DNA of 63,373 nucleotides, the filler included, from Octopus bimaculoides (Eukaryota), in NCBI RefSeq assembly GCF_001194135.2. It is 4 parts of 3 records of this genome, joined end to end, with 100 filler letters (N's around TTAATTAATTAA, not from the genome) between each part and the next. Parts side by side here need not be neighbours in the genome. Positions count along the whole stretch, not along the records: positions 51,297 to 63,373 come from NW_026298023.1; 3 more parts are not named here. The stretch is one strand, 5' to 3'. A program made the position numbers and the translations under genes. Each line of letters starts with the position of its first letter. Positions within the stretch are counted from its first letter, which is position 1. Under the pieces are notes generated by a model. The model saw only the letters and a program-made list of their open reading frames with translations, did not search any database and was not told where the DNA came from. Shown piece after piece: positions 52,227-63,373 of the stretch.

Positions 52227-52736
52227 GCATGTATGTCGTTTCATTATAAAATCGTTCGTGAGCGAATGCATGTGGAGAAGACGTGGTTTTAGTGAACAAG
52301 ATTAACTCCATTTTCCAACATCAAAAACTCTTACTGGTTGTGGCCATGACGACAGTCATTGAAAGTAATGAGAAAACATTAGATGAAACAAGCTCGCCTG
52401 ATGTGTGAGACGGATCAAAAACGATCGAATGCGAATATCTGTATAATCTTTGTCTTAAAACTACCGACTGTAATTGCACAACACCGTTGGAATGTTCTTT
52501 CTTCTTTTCTCTCATTCTGTCATCGTTAACATATCGTCATCGTCGACGTCGTTGTCATTGTCACTGTCATCATCATCCTTCTTCTTCTTCTTCTTCTTCT
52601 ACATTGCTACTACTTCTACTACACTACCACCACAACCACCACCACTACTACTACTTGTCTAGTTTTCTTATTTGTGCCTTGCTCTTGTTATCGCTAATTT
52701 CCTCTCTACGTGTGTGCGCGTGCATCTGTGCTCTCT

Positions 52737-52775
<39 letters not shown>

Positions 52776-52781
52776 CATATC

Positions 52782-53465
52782 CAGAGTGCGGTGAATAAAT
52801 TATTGTCTAAATTACGCAAAATCTAGAATGACACTGACATCTGCATTTTTACATATATTTACTAAAACTACCTAAGAATATCTCCAATTGCTAACGAGTA
52901 AATTCATACAATAAATTTGCTATTGTCTCCAACCATGGCCTCCAGATGACTTTGGAATCTCTTGCAACTCTTCTGGATAGTCTCCTCGTTTAAGTTGATG
53001 AATGCTGCCATAATCCTTGCCTTCAATTCACCTTTGGTGTTACAAGGAGTTGTGTTAGTCTCTCGCTCAACTGTGCTCCACATATAATTACCAAGGGTCT
53101 ACAGTGTAGGGAGATAGATGGCCAGATGTTAGGGGTCATGTGGTCGCAGAAATTTTCTGACAGCCATCGCTGGGTTCTCCTGCTTGTGTGGCATGGTCCA
53201 GAGTTCTATTGCCAGACATAGGGTCTTCCAGTAGCCACCCTCTTGACCCATGGTAGCACTCTCTCCTCCAGGCAAGTGATGTAGACCTCCATGTTGAGTT
53301 TGAGACCGTGTGTGAAGGAGAATGGAGGCGTATCACCGGCATGACTAGGGATTACTTTAAACAAGAGGCTGAATGTATGTTTGATCTTTATCATTCTCGG
53401 AACATGTTTTGGGGACACGGCAAGGCAACGGTTGTTCTGTGGGTGCACCCTCTTATACTGGCAGA
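52782..53465 (-). mobile_element. Second maT (DD37D) copy, 3' half
   Basis: TIR cagagtgcggtgaataaatt. NNRCLAVSPKHVPRMIKIKH...YITCLEERVLPWVKRVATGRPYVWQ; homologous to 42622-43300. Confidence 0.88.
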
Positions 53466-54469
53466 AATTTTACTCGTCTGAGGTAAAAGTCAAAGCATCT
53501 CCTCTTACAGACGTTGCCCAGCTAACCCTANNNNNNNNNNNNNNNNNNNNNNNNNNNNNNNNNNNNNNNNNNNNNNNNNNNNNNNNNNNNNNNNNNNNNN
53601 NNNNNNNNNNNNNNNNNNNNNNNNNNNNNNNNNNNNNNNNNNNNNNNNNNNNNNNNNNNNNNNNNNNNNNNNNNNNNNNNNNNNNNNNNNNNNNNNNNNN
53701 NNNNNNNNNNNNNNNNNNNNNNNNNNNNNNNNNNNNNNNNNNNNNTATATATATATATATATGTATGTATGTATGTAAGTATATGCTTGTATGTATGTAT
53801 CTATCTTTCATTGCCCCCCCCTCATATATACATATATGCTAGAATCGAATAGTGAGAATCAATCCTCAACTCTGTAGTTGGTGGTTTAACAGTTAATAGC
53901 TATGATCTTCATAATTCTTACGTGATCCACTTAGAAATATTGGTAACTGTTCCCATTTTTATCTTATAAGGTCTTTTAATGGTTACCTCCCCTGCACCGG
54001 CCTTGGACTTTTGTCTGAATTTGCATTCAACTAAGATGAATTAATTTCTTGATTATTGCATGCGAGAACGTTTGTGTACACCCTTATTTATAAATATATT
54101 TATCTACATCATGCGTTTTGTTCATGTTTAGGATGTACATATCACTTATCGAACGTAAAATTTAATTTATGTAGCTGCAAGTTCATGAAAATATTTATAT
54201 GTTCATATACATATATTCTTGCGAATGGTCTGATTGGAAAAATATATGACAAACTCGTGTTAAAGGTATGGATATTGGAAGCTAGTATGCGTTCTTTGAG
54301 GTATATCTCTGTATAACATATTGTGCTTAAAATCGACGTCAAAAGATTTACTTGTGATGGATAGGTGGCAAGTTGCCTGAAGGTTAATGCTTGAAATTTA
54401 GAAATATAAATTCACGCCAGGGGAAATGGTTCTGTCCCTAATATTGAAAAGGTTCCCTGTTGATGTTAT

Positions 54470-55330
54470 GGTACTTAATATTTCTCTGACGCAGAGTTCG
54501 CATTTTCTGTCCCACCCTGTATTTGCTGGCTTTATCCCCGATGCTCCAACTTCTTGGTTGGTGTCCACACTCCTCTCTTTAAGAGTCTATACCCTATTCG
54601 ATTAAGTTGTATGTCTTTTGTTCTGAACAAAATCAAGTTAGGAGTGCATCTCTCATTCAAGATGTTTCTCGTCATTCTAACCCATGTTTTTGTTTGCTAA
54701 GTTCAAACCAGTGATGCTGGCCTTGTATACCTCCTCTTTTTCTGTGCTCAAGTTCTTCAGGATACTGTTACTGGGGAACTTCAGCAACCATAAAATAGTT
54801 TGTATTCGTATCGCGACTGAAAACCATAGATGCTGTGTTGGAGAGTTTATTACAACGAACTTATAATTTTTATCTCATAATATTTATGTAAGTGTTGGAA
54901 GTGGGTATTGTTGAGCTTCAGGAAATTCCGAGCATTGTTTGTAACCACATTCAGGCTGTGTGAAAGACTACACTATAACATTTTTCTCTTTATACATTGT
55001 TTTGCTCTATCTTTAAGTTCAATATAGGTCGTACTATTCTTAAAGTTGGATCGTTCTTATGCGGTGATTTAATATGTCGTCTGCCTTTTTGAAAGTTGCT
55101 TCATTTTGGGTAGATTGGAAATACGATTAATGTTGCGATTAACGAATTGTTTGACTATTGACGGTGGATGTTTAGGGTCTAGGTCAATGTAGGACGTGTC
55201 TTCATTTGATTTATGGAAAAGTTTAAATGCGTATTAATGTTTAGTAAAATATCTCCTGTAAGATTAGTGCTGACTACAGATTTTAAGATGAATTGATAAA
55301 ATATTTAATCAGCGATATGAGTGGTAAGAT
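54470..55330 (-). mobile_element. Decayed Penelope-like element (RT C-terminus plus GIY-YIG)
   Basis: Broken frames: HPPSIVKQ; SLNVVTNNARNFLKL..THF..LHKY; VYKASIT; WSIGDKASKY...CELCVRE. Confidence 0.7.
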
Positions 55331-55811
55331 GGCAGAAGTATTAGTGCGATGAAAAAATGTGATTAGCACACTGCTTACAGATGTTTATGTACTGAGTTCA
55401 AAATCCTGTGCAGCAACCATTGTCTTTCGTCTGTTTTATCATTAACCCTTGACATTATCTCCTGGACCTTAGGACATGCAACGGCATTTACTCGGTTTCC
55501 ACATCATATAACTGATCGAGGATGCCAGAACTGGTGTGAGCGGGACTTCAGTCAGTCGGAGGGTTAGTCATTTACTCTGAGTGCATTGGAGGAGCAACGT
55601 GCAGGGAAGTGACTTACTCAAGAGTACAACGCACAACCCGGCCAATAATTCCAAACTACGATTTTACTATCGTGAATGCAATACATAAATCAATAAAACA
55701 CAATCCGTCAGCATTGTTTTGGGGTTCATAAATTAAAATACCAGTCGAGTGCTGAGGCTTAATGCATATCAACTTACTCTTCCCACAATTTATTAATGGT
55801 TCTATTATCTT

Positions 55812-56068
55812 TTTTATTTATGCGCCCTTTTCAAGCCTAGCCAAGCTCATGTGCCTGGTTTCCCTAGCTGGAAGGACGCCAGTCCATCGCAGCGTTAATC
55901 AAGGAACAGGAAGAAAGAGTGAGAGAAAGTTGGGCCGAAAGAGTACAACAGGGTTCGCCACCACCCCCTGCCGGAGCCTTGTGGAGGTTTAGGTGTTTTC
56001 GCTCAAAAAACACACACAACGCCAGGTCTGGGAATCGCAACCGCGATCCTCCCATCCATTGCGCCTCC
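55812..56068 (-). mobile_element. tRNA-derived SINE family 3 with V-domain-like segment
   Basis: Minus head gtggaggcgcaatgg...gatcgcggttgcgattcccagacc; internal gctgcgatggactggcgtcc (V-SINE-like, recalled); A-rich tail. Confidence 0.65.
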
Positions 56069-56239
56069 ACTACTGGTTTAATATTTGAAGTATTATAATA
56101 GAAAATATTTGAATATACAAATTGAAACATCACAGAATCGAACTTGGAACTTCCTGATATCAGTGCAATGCACTCCATTCGTCCGTTGTTTGCACCATTA
56201 AAAATAGCTTAGCTTGTTATTTGGCTCTGTCGCTGCTGG

Positions 56240-57007
56240 ATATATGCATGCGAGACTGTATGTGTATTATTGTACTAGTGAGTGAATGGGTGTGTTTTAG
56301 AATTTATATATGTGAGCCTGTGTACGTATGTGTGTACGTGTGTGAATGTATACGTAGGTGAATGTATGCGTTTATGTGTGCATGTGTATGTATAGGTTTT
56401 ATGTTAGTTTTCGTGTACGAAAGTCATATGTGTGCTTCTCTGGTTTCGCATATGTTTGTGCGTGAGTATGTATGTATATGTGCGTGCGTATATGCGTCTC
56501 TGTATGTGTGGGTGGGTGTGTGTGTGTGTGCGTGTGCGCACGATTGTGTTAGTGATATCGCACGTGTGTTGTAATCTACGTTTTTACGCCTGCATGTGTG
56601 AGGGTGAACGAGATAATGTGTCATATGTGCGTGTGTGAGTATGTGTGTGCGTGTGTGTGTCTGTGTGTGATAGTGCATATGGATTGTATGAGCGTGTAGG
56701 TGCGTGTGGACTGTGTGCGTGTCTATGTCTGTATGTTCTTTATACGTTGAACACGGTGTATGTGCGTATCTGTCCGTGTCCTGGAGTGTGAGCGTGTGCG
56801 CTTGTGTATGAGCTATAGTATATGTGTGTCTTTCCATATGCCGGTGTGCGTGCGTACCTGTATGTCTGTGCTTATGTGTGCGTTTGGCTATGTGATAGTA
56901 CGTTCTACTCAGATGTGTGACTGTGTGCGCGTATTGCTGTGAATGTGTGCACGTGCGCACGAACGTGTGCACGTATACTATTGCGGTATGTGCAAGCGTC
57001 TTTGTGC

Positions 57008-57045
<38 letters not shown>

Positions 57046-57270
57046 GTGTGTGTGTCTGTGTGAGTTTATACGTATATGCAACATGTATAGGCAATGTACG
57101 TATATGCAGCTTGCCCGTCTCTCTATATATGTGTGTTAATATATGTCAGATTACGTTTGCTAAAATCGGATGTGCTTCTCTGTATGTATATATCTGTGAG
57201 CGCGCATGCATGCGTGCGTACGTGCGTCTATAAGTGTGTGCCTGTGCGCGTATGTGTGCGTATGCACAGC
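56240..57270. repeat. Degenerate TG-rich low-complexity tract
   Basis: Directly visible. Confidence 0.85.
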
Positions 57271-57729
57271 ATTGTCCAGACCAGAGAGAATCAATTATAT
57301 AACGGGTTGCTGTCGTCACATCTGTACAAGCATAGCTCATTGATTTGCATAACAACTTAACACGGCAAGCAGCTTTCTTTAATATCGATCACACGTTTCT
57401 ATTGTTCTTTTCCTTCATATATTCTTGTTGCTGATGTTGCTGCTATTTAGCTCCAGGTCAACCTTGATCGAGCAGAACCATGATCAAAGGCGTTCCAGCC
57501 ATGACCATTTTCAAGATAGGGAAAACAGCTAGCAGAGACTGCAACGTCGGCTATTTTCACACAAACCTGACCTTTTATTAGTGATATCAGATTAACCGTT
57601 TAATAACGCATTCTCAATAGAAATAGTTATATAGATCTGTATCGGCCTAATCAATTCAATTGACCGTCTATTTTAGTAGTATATTAACTAATGCATAGTT
57701 AGTTATGGTGAAGGTGCATGACCCAGTAT

Positions 57730-57980
57730 TTAAGATGCTGCATTCACTATAGCGAGGTCGTGGTTTCGGTTCTCGGACCGGGCGATGCGCTGTGTACTTG
57801 AGGAAAATATTTGCTTTTCACATTGCTCTGCGCTTACTTCGACATCTGAAGTGTGGAACACTGCACCTGAACAGATAATGTCGATTTGATAGAAGGAATA
57901 ATAAGGATTATTGAACAGCAGAAACATTTAATCACCATAGACAAATCATCTGTGCAGGGTGCGTTCAGCAAGAAATGAGA
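57730..57980 (+). mobile_element. Decayed tRNA-derived SINE
   Basis: B-box-like ggtttcggttctcggacc followed by gctgtgtacttgaggaaaa...ttcacattgctc. Confidence 0.55.
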
Positions 57981-58437
57981 ACAGTCCACTAGTTAGTTAT
58001 TCCCCTTTCGGAAACGGCAGAAAGTTATTTGATTTATTGAGAAAGGGAGAGAGAGATATTTGACTGCTATTTCTAGCATGCTGTGGTACGGCTTAAATGA
58101 CCAATTCGGCGCTACTTCGTTCATATACGCGAAAGACAACGTTTCTTTGTGTGCTTCTGCTAAAATGTCATAACGAGATGATCTTCCTCGAAAGGAGTTC
58201 TAGCTATGGTTTATAGATAACAGAAGGTTGAGCAACAGAACTATAATTAGTGTTCAATTTTGTCTATTATACTTTATTGCTAGCTGATGTATTTAATGCT
58301 GTTTTTTTAAAATTCCATTGCTGTCAGTTCCAGACCGTACACGCATGAAGATAAACTCGGTAAAACTCCAATGCAGGCTGTCATCAGTAAATCAATATGC
58401 ATGCAATAAATACGTAACTAATACCTACATAGAATAT

Positions 58438-58523
<86 letters not shown>

Positions 58524-58833
58524 AATACCCAGGTATGTGCGACAGTCGCAATATGAAATTAAATTAGCCATCTGTGTAACATCTGTATATCATCTGGAAT
58601 GCTAATACATGATGTGAAATCAAATCAACTGTGGTATTCGGTCGGAGGTAATATCTCCTATGGAAGTATTATATTTAAGATCACAAATATATCAGCACCA
58701 GACGAATATCCTCGTCAGCGACGATGGAATATATGTATTTTTCAAACACAATATTTCGATAATATGTTTACATATTTATCCCTTTCTTCACACAGAATAC
58801 CGTTTGGTTGATCTTCCCTTAACGGAACAGTAA

Positions 58834-58870
<37 letters not shown>

Positions 58871-58924
58871 TTGCTTTTGGCATTTATTCGAAATACATTG
58901 GTTTATGAAATTATTTTAATCAGT

Positions 58925-58996
<72 letters not shown>

Positions 58997-58997
<1 letters not shown>

Positions 58998-59760
58998 TGG
59001 GTCATCCCATAAATAATGCGTTTTGTTATACTTCTTTATTTTCCAAAATGAAAATAAACAAATTTTTTTTTCAATCTAAAAGATACTCTCCTTCATTTTC
59101 TACAATACTCTTCCATCTATTTGGTAGACTTGCAAGGTCCCTCTTCCAAAATTCATTTGTTTGTGATGGAAAATACTCCTGTACTGTTATGACCTCGTCT
59201 ATAGAATCAATATTTTTTCCGTCCACATGCTTTTGAAGAGTATGGAATAAATGATAATCAGATGGGGCAATATCCGGGAGATATGGTGGATGGGTCCTCA
59301 TTTCTCCGACTTTAAGTTCATGCAATTGAAAAAAAATCGCATTGTGTACGGGATGACCAAACATATGAAAGTCCGTCCCGCTTAGATCCACTGCAATATT
59401 GGAGTTTGAGTACCTGGTATTGGTTGTGTTCTTAACTATGCTCGATTTATTCTTTGTGCATGTGCACATATTACCCACATGTACACACGCGTGCACATGC
59501 GTACGCACACACATACTCACACACATACTCACACACACACATGTGCACGGACGTTGGCGTACATCACACGTACGTTTCTTGCCATCTTTCATGTGTTGTT
59601 GAAGAATTTACATTTGTTTCTGATTGAATGGTTTCTTCTTTCATGTAGTATTCAGTGGCTATGTTTCAAATTTCTACAGGAAAATCATTCTACTATGTTG
59701 GGTATTAACGTTGCAGATTGCTCTCGGATCTTTTCCATGTCATTAAGTTCATATTTACTA
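58997..59760 (-). mobile_element. Decayed mariner transposon
   Basis: TIR tattgggtcatcccataaataatgcg after TA. HPPYLPDIAPSDYHLFHTLQ...LPNRWKSIVENEGEYLLD. Confidence 0.88.
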
Positions 59761-59850
59761 ACTCTAGCACACGGCTAGCAACTCTCGCTTCTAAATACCT
59801 TCATAATGTAAGAAAGGCTTTATTGTTATTGTTGTTTTATTGCACTTCAG

Positions 59851-59898
59851 TACCTTCGATAAAATCACGGGTTGAAAGAATGGAAGTGCAAGATGAAG
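59851..59898 (+). CDS. Candidate 48-nt symmetric micro-exon of an unidentified gene
   Basis: Strong acceptor (gttttattgcacttcAG) and donor (GAAG|GTAAGG). Only one frame is open (phase 1-1): PSIKSRVERMEVQDE. No homology recognised. Confidence 0.3.
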
Positions 59899-60342
59899 GT
59901 AAGGGTATTTGTGAATAGTGAAAAATGGTGTACATGCCAGATTCAAGGAAGAATGTAGGATGAATAAACGGATTGAACTTTTAGTTAGCTGTTACCAGTT
60001 AGGTACTTAAAAAAATATGAGGCCTTAATATTATTAATACATGCATTATAGAAGATATGTGGCTTATATGAGATCGGGCATTTGTAGTAAGCTATTAAAT
60101 CAATCATTGCAAATAGTCCGAATTATTCTATTTAGATATAGTTACTTCATGGTGTGGCCGTTTCCGTCAAACAGGTCAAAGAACAAATGTGTTAATATCA
60201 TGATAACATCAACCATTTTACAGAAGCATTATGTCCTAATGTATTTTGAATTGTTCCAAAGTGGAAATGGTTGTAAAGATGAAGTTCTCTATAAATGTTG
60301 TTGCTTTCTGTTACATTAATATTGCTAATTTCTTTTGTACAG

Positions 60343-60359
60343 TCACAAATATACACTGA
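60343..60359 (+). CDS. Candidate terminal exon following 59851-59898
   Basis: Branch-like gctaat plus ttcttttgtacAG acceptor. Phase-1 read gives (V)TNIH*. Speculative. Confidence 0.2.
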
Positions 60360-61294
60360 AAAGAATATAGCCCATCAACGATATTGAAAGGTAGTTTGAT
60401 AAACATATATATATATATGTATATGCGTTATAAATGCAACATTTCCGAGTAATATCAGTAAAAGAATCACTGCAAAGGACGTTGATAGCTATTGTTTTAA
60501 TTGCATAACCAGTAATTACAACAATGTATTAGAGACTAGCGGAGTAATTGCAACGAGTTCTCAATGTTGCAAATAGAAGCAAAATTTATAAAGAGAGAAA
60601 TATACGTTCCCAGCATTTGCTTTAAATGACACTTCTAATTGCTTGATGTTTCGTAAACGTAACAAAAAAGAAACGTTTCCCAAACAAAGACTCGCGAGAC
60701 CTTCATATAATTCATGCGGCCGCTGAATTTATCGATGAACCTGATACTGAAATGCAGAATTTTTTTACCTTTCCGCAAGTGTCATAATACCGATATATGT
60801 TAATTAGAAGGCAAATATCGTTCAAAGAATAATGCATACAAAGTAAAGATTTCAATAGAAAACTTGTTAATATTTTGCTTTTGCGATACCAATGCAAAAT
60901 ATTACATATGTATATGAATGAAATTATTTTTAAAGCAGAAATATTTTCATCATAAATATTCATTTAGATACATGTAAATGAAGAAATTTTCTTACCCTCT
61001 ACATGTATGCATACAATCTGAAGGAAAGGATCATTAATAATTAACAAAACTAAAGAAGAAAAAATGCACCTTTATAAACCTACGATTAATAAGGTTCTCT
61101 TCCTACCAGACATGGATGTACAGATAAATAGCTCACTTTTAAGCTCCGTAGTTTCATGTTCAGTCCCACTGCCAGGCGACTTAGGCAAGTAATCTTGAAT
61201 AGGTCCACGTCAACCATTTCTCTGCGACGTAATTTGTTCGCTGGAAAGTGTGTGAAGGCCTGTCGTAAATATATATATATATATATCTCCGTAT

Positions 61295-61331
61295 TCTTTC
61301 TGTTGAAGAGCGTAGCTCGAAACGTCAAAGA
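61295..61331 (+). ncRNA. Minimal hammerhead motif in a ~113-bp element embedded in (TA)n
   Basis: TCTTT CTGTTGA A GAG-CGTAG-CTC GAAA CG TC AAAGA. 5-bp stem I, 3-bp stem II, palindromic ACGT stem III, GUC cleavage triplet; A6 is replaced by U. Confidence 0.6.
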
Positions 61332-61417
61332 CTTTCCGTATTCCCGAGCGTCATACTAATACATCCTTTTGTTATTTACACCACCTGTCCTCGTCTGTTG
61401 TTTTTTCGTACATTCTC

Positions 61418-61460
<43 letters not shown>

Positions 61461-61504
61461 TATTTACAGCAGGCCTTCACATAGTTTACACACACATACA
61501 TATA

Positions 61505-61537
<33 letters not shown>

Positions 61538-62236
61538 GCATAAGATATGAATTATGCTAATGGAAACGATTCATTTCCATGGATTATTCTTTTATGATAC
61601 ATTAATATGACTTTACTATCGTTATTACACAATGACGCAACTCTTATTGCCATTCGCATTACTTAGCAGGTAACTAATTAGCAAAACACCGAACAAATTT
61701 GTTTGTTTGTTTTTCTAATTTGTACTCGAGTGTGACATGTCTGAAAATAGGGGAACGCCACTCAAATCTGAAAAACAGTAAACAGCAGTTTTAAAGGAAT
61801 AAGAGATACAAAAACCATAAAACGCTAAGATGAAAATATATTTAGTGTTTAAAAAACAACCCGAAATGCGAACGATTGTAGCTCGAAACCCAACACATTT
61901 TAGTTGTATTTTTCAGGATGTTTCTTTATTCAGTTTTTCCATATATTTTGACAAAACACTGCAACCTACCCAAACAAATCCTTTCTATCGCCTTTTGTCC
62001 AAATAATAAAAATAACATATCTGCCCTAAAGTGAAATAAACTATCGAATGTTATACCCTTAAACAATAATAAATAACCACTTGCTAATCTTTTATATTAA
62101 ATGTTACTTATTTATATTCTTCTGTTCAGCGTCATCTTGTCTTATTTTACAGTATATCATTCTCAATTCAGAAAATTCATTGTGCATTTCGCTTCCAGAT
62201 ATTCCAAAATTTCAAATGAACTGCATTGCACATGTA

Positions 62237-62258
62237 CATATCTATCTATGTATCTATG

Positions 62259-62333
<75 letters not shown>

Positions 62334-62345
62334 GTATCTCTATCT
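62237..62345. repeat. (TATC)n microsatellite
   Basis: Directly visible. Confidence 0.95.
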
Positions 62346-62444
62346 CTCTCTCTATCTGTGTGTGTATGTGTATGCATATATGTGTGTATGTATGTATGTA
62401 TGCTTGTATACGAATATATATATAATATAAACATNNNNNNNNNN

Positions 62445-62517
<73 letters not shown>

Positions 62518-63132
62518 ACATGCATATGCACACATGTAATGCATACGTACATACATATAAAAATATATATAAACATTTATATATAAATATGTAAACACGT
62601 TACATAACATAAAATTCATTTTGACTTACTGTCGATATCTCATGTTTCACTCTCTCTCTCTCTCCCTCTATCCTTTCTCATATATTACATTAGACTCCCT
62701 TAACATTTCCTAAAGTAATTTTCTTCTTCTAAACTTCCTTCTTTTCTGTTTACTTCTATATATTAATACATGAATCTTTCGTTATTTATGTCTAATTTAT
62801 AGTCTTTCATTCTCTCATAGTTATTGCTCTTCTCCATTCAGCCATATTGGCTCCTTATCTCCAACACTGTTCTCTCATCCCCCTCTGTTTATTGCCTTTG
62901 CTCTTTTCCTCTTCAAATCTTATTCCTTAATTTTCATTAAATACCTTTGCAGTATAAATCTTACTCCTTTGTCTTTTTCTTTGATATTCTCATCATTTCG
63001 TATGCATGAATCTTACATCCATATTCTACTCCCGCATCTCTCTAATTCTTAGTTCTCCTCTTATTTTCTGCATCGTATTTCCATTTTAATTTATTTCCCC
63101 CATTTCCGGTTTTCCTTTACAATACTCCTTTC

Positions 63133-63245
63133 AGGTATGAACGTGTGGTTAAAAAGCTCGCTTTGCAAAGGCGTGATTTCAGGTTCAGTCCTACTACGCA
63201 GCGCTGTTTTGAGCAAGTGTCTTCCACTATAGACCAGCGTCTACG
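63133..63245 (+). mobile_element. SINE family 1 head, decayed
   Basis: gtgtggttaaaaagctcgctttgc...caggttcagtcctact...gagcaagtgtcttccactatag. Confidence 0.7.
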
Positions 63246-63373
63246 AATGCATTGCAGAAACAATGTGCGACTTCGTAACATATACGTACTTGCATACATA
63301 CATACATACATACATATTTATATGTTTATAAATATGTATATGTATGTACATGTATAAATATATATATATGTAT

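Noticed and set aside
51610-52311. 176-233-aa Tyr/Ile/His-rich ORFs
   Set aside because: Stop-free translation of a TA-rich minisatellite.

Overview
AT-rich, microsatellite-dense eukaryotic genomic DNA. The SINE and microsatellite landscape looks like an octopus/coleoid cephalopod; this is an inference from the repeat families and no database search was run. The window has many N-gaps and three artificial 100-bp scaffold spacers (44 N + TTAATTAATTAA + 44 N). The only confidently identified host gene is the 3' end of an Rh-type (Rh50/RhAG-RhCG-like) ammonium transporter on the + strand: a penultimate exon at 30616-30743 and a terminal coding exon at 33769-33938. The ORF track missed both exons, and the upstream exons were not found. 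Most of the remaining recognisable sequence is transposable-element debris: tRNA-derived SINEs of at least three families, RTE and other APE-LINE fragments, Penelope-like (GIY-YIG) elements with hammerhead-ribozyme motifs, mariner, maT (DD37D) and Chapaev-like DNA transposons, and foldback MITEs. The most interesting signal is a set of restriction-like-endonuclease (RLE; R4/Dong-type) non-LTR retrotransposons that appear to target microsatellites. One group sits in (TAA)n in same-orientation stacks together with a 551-bp non-tRNA passenger element. A second group is consistently bounded by (CATA)n, carries a (CATA)n tract inside its own 3' UTR, nests into itself, and in one case shows a twin-priming-like inversion with an exact 16-bp inverted duplication. 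No CRISPR array, rRNA or bona fide tRNA was seen.
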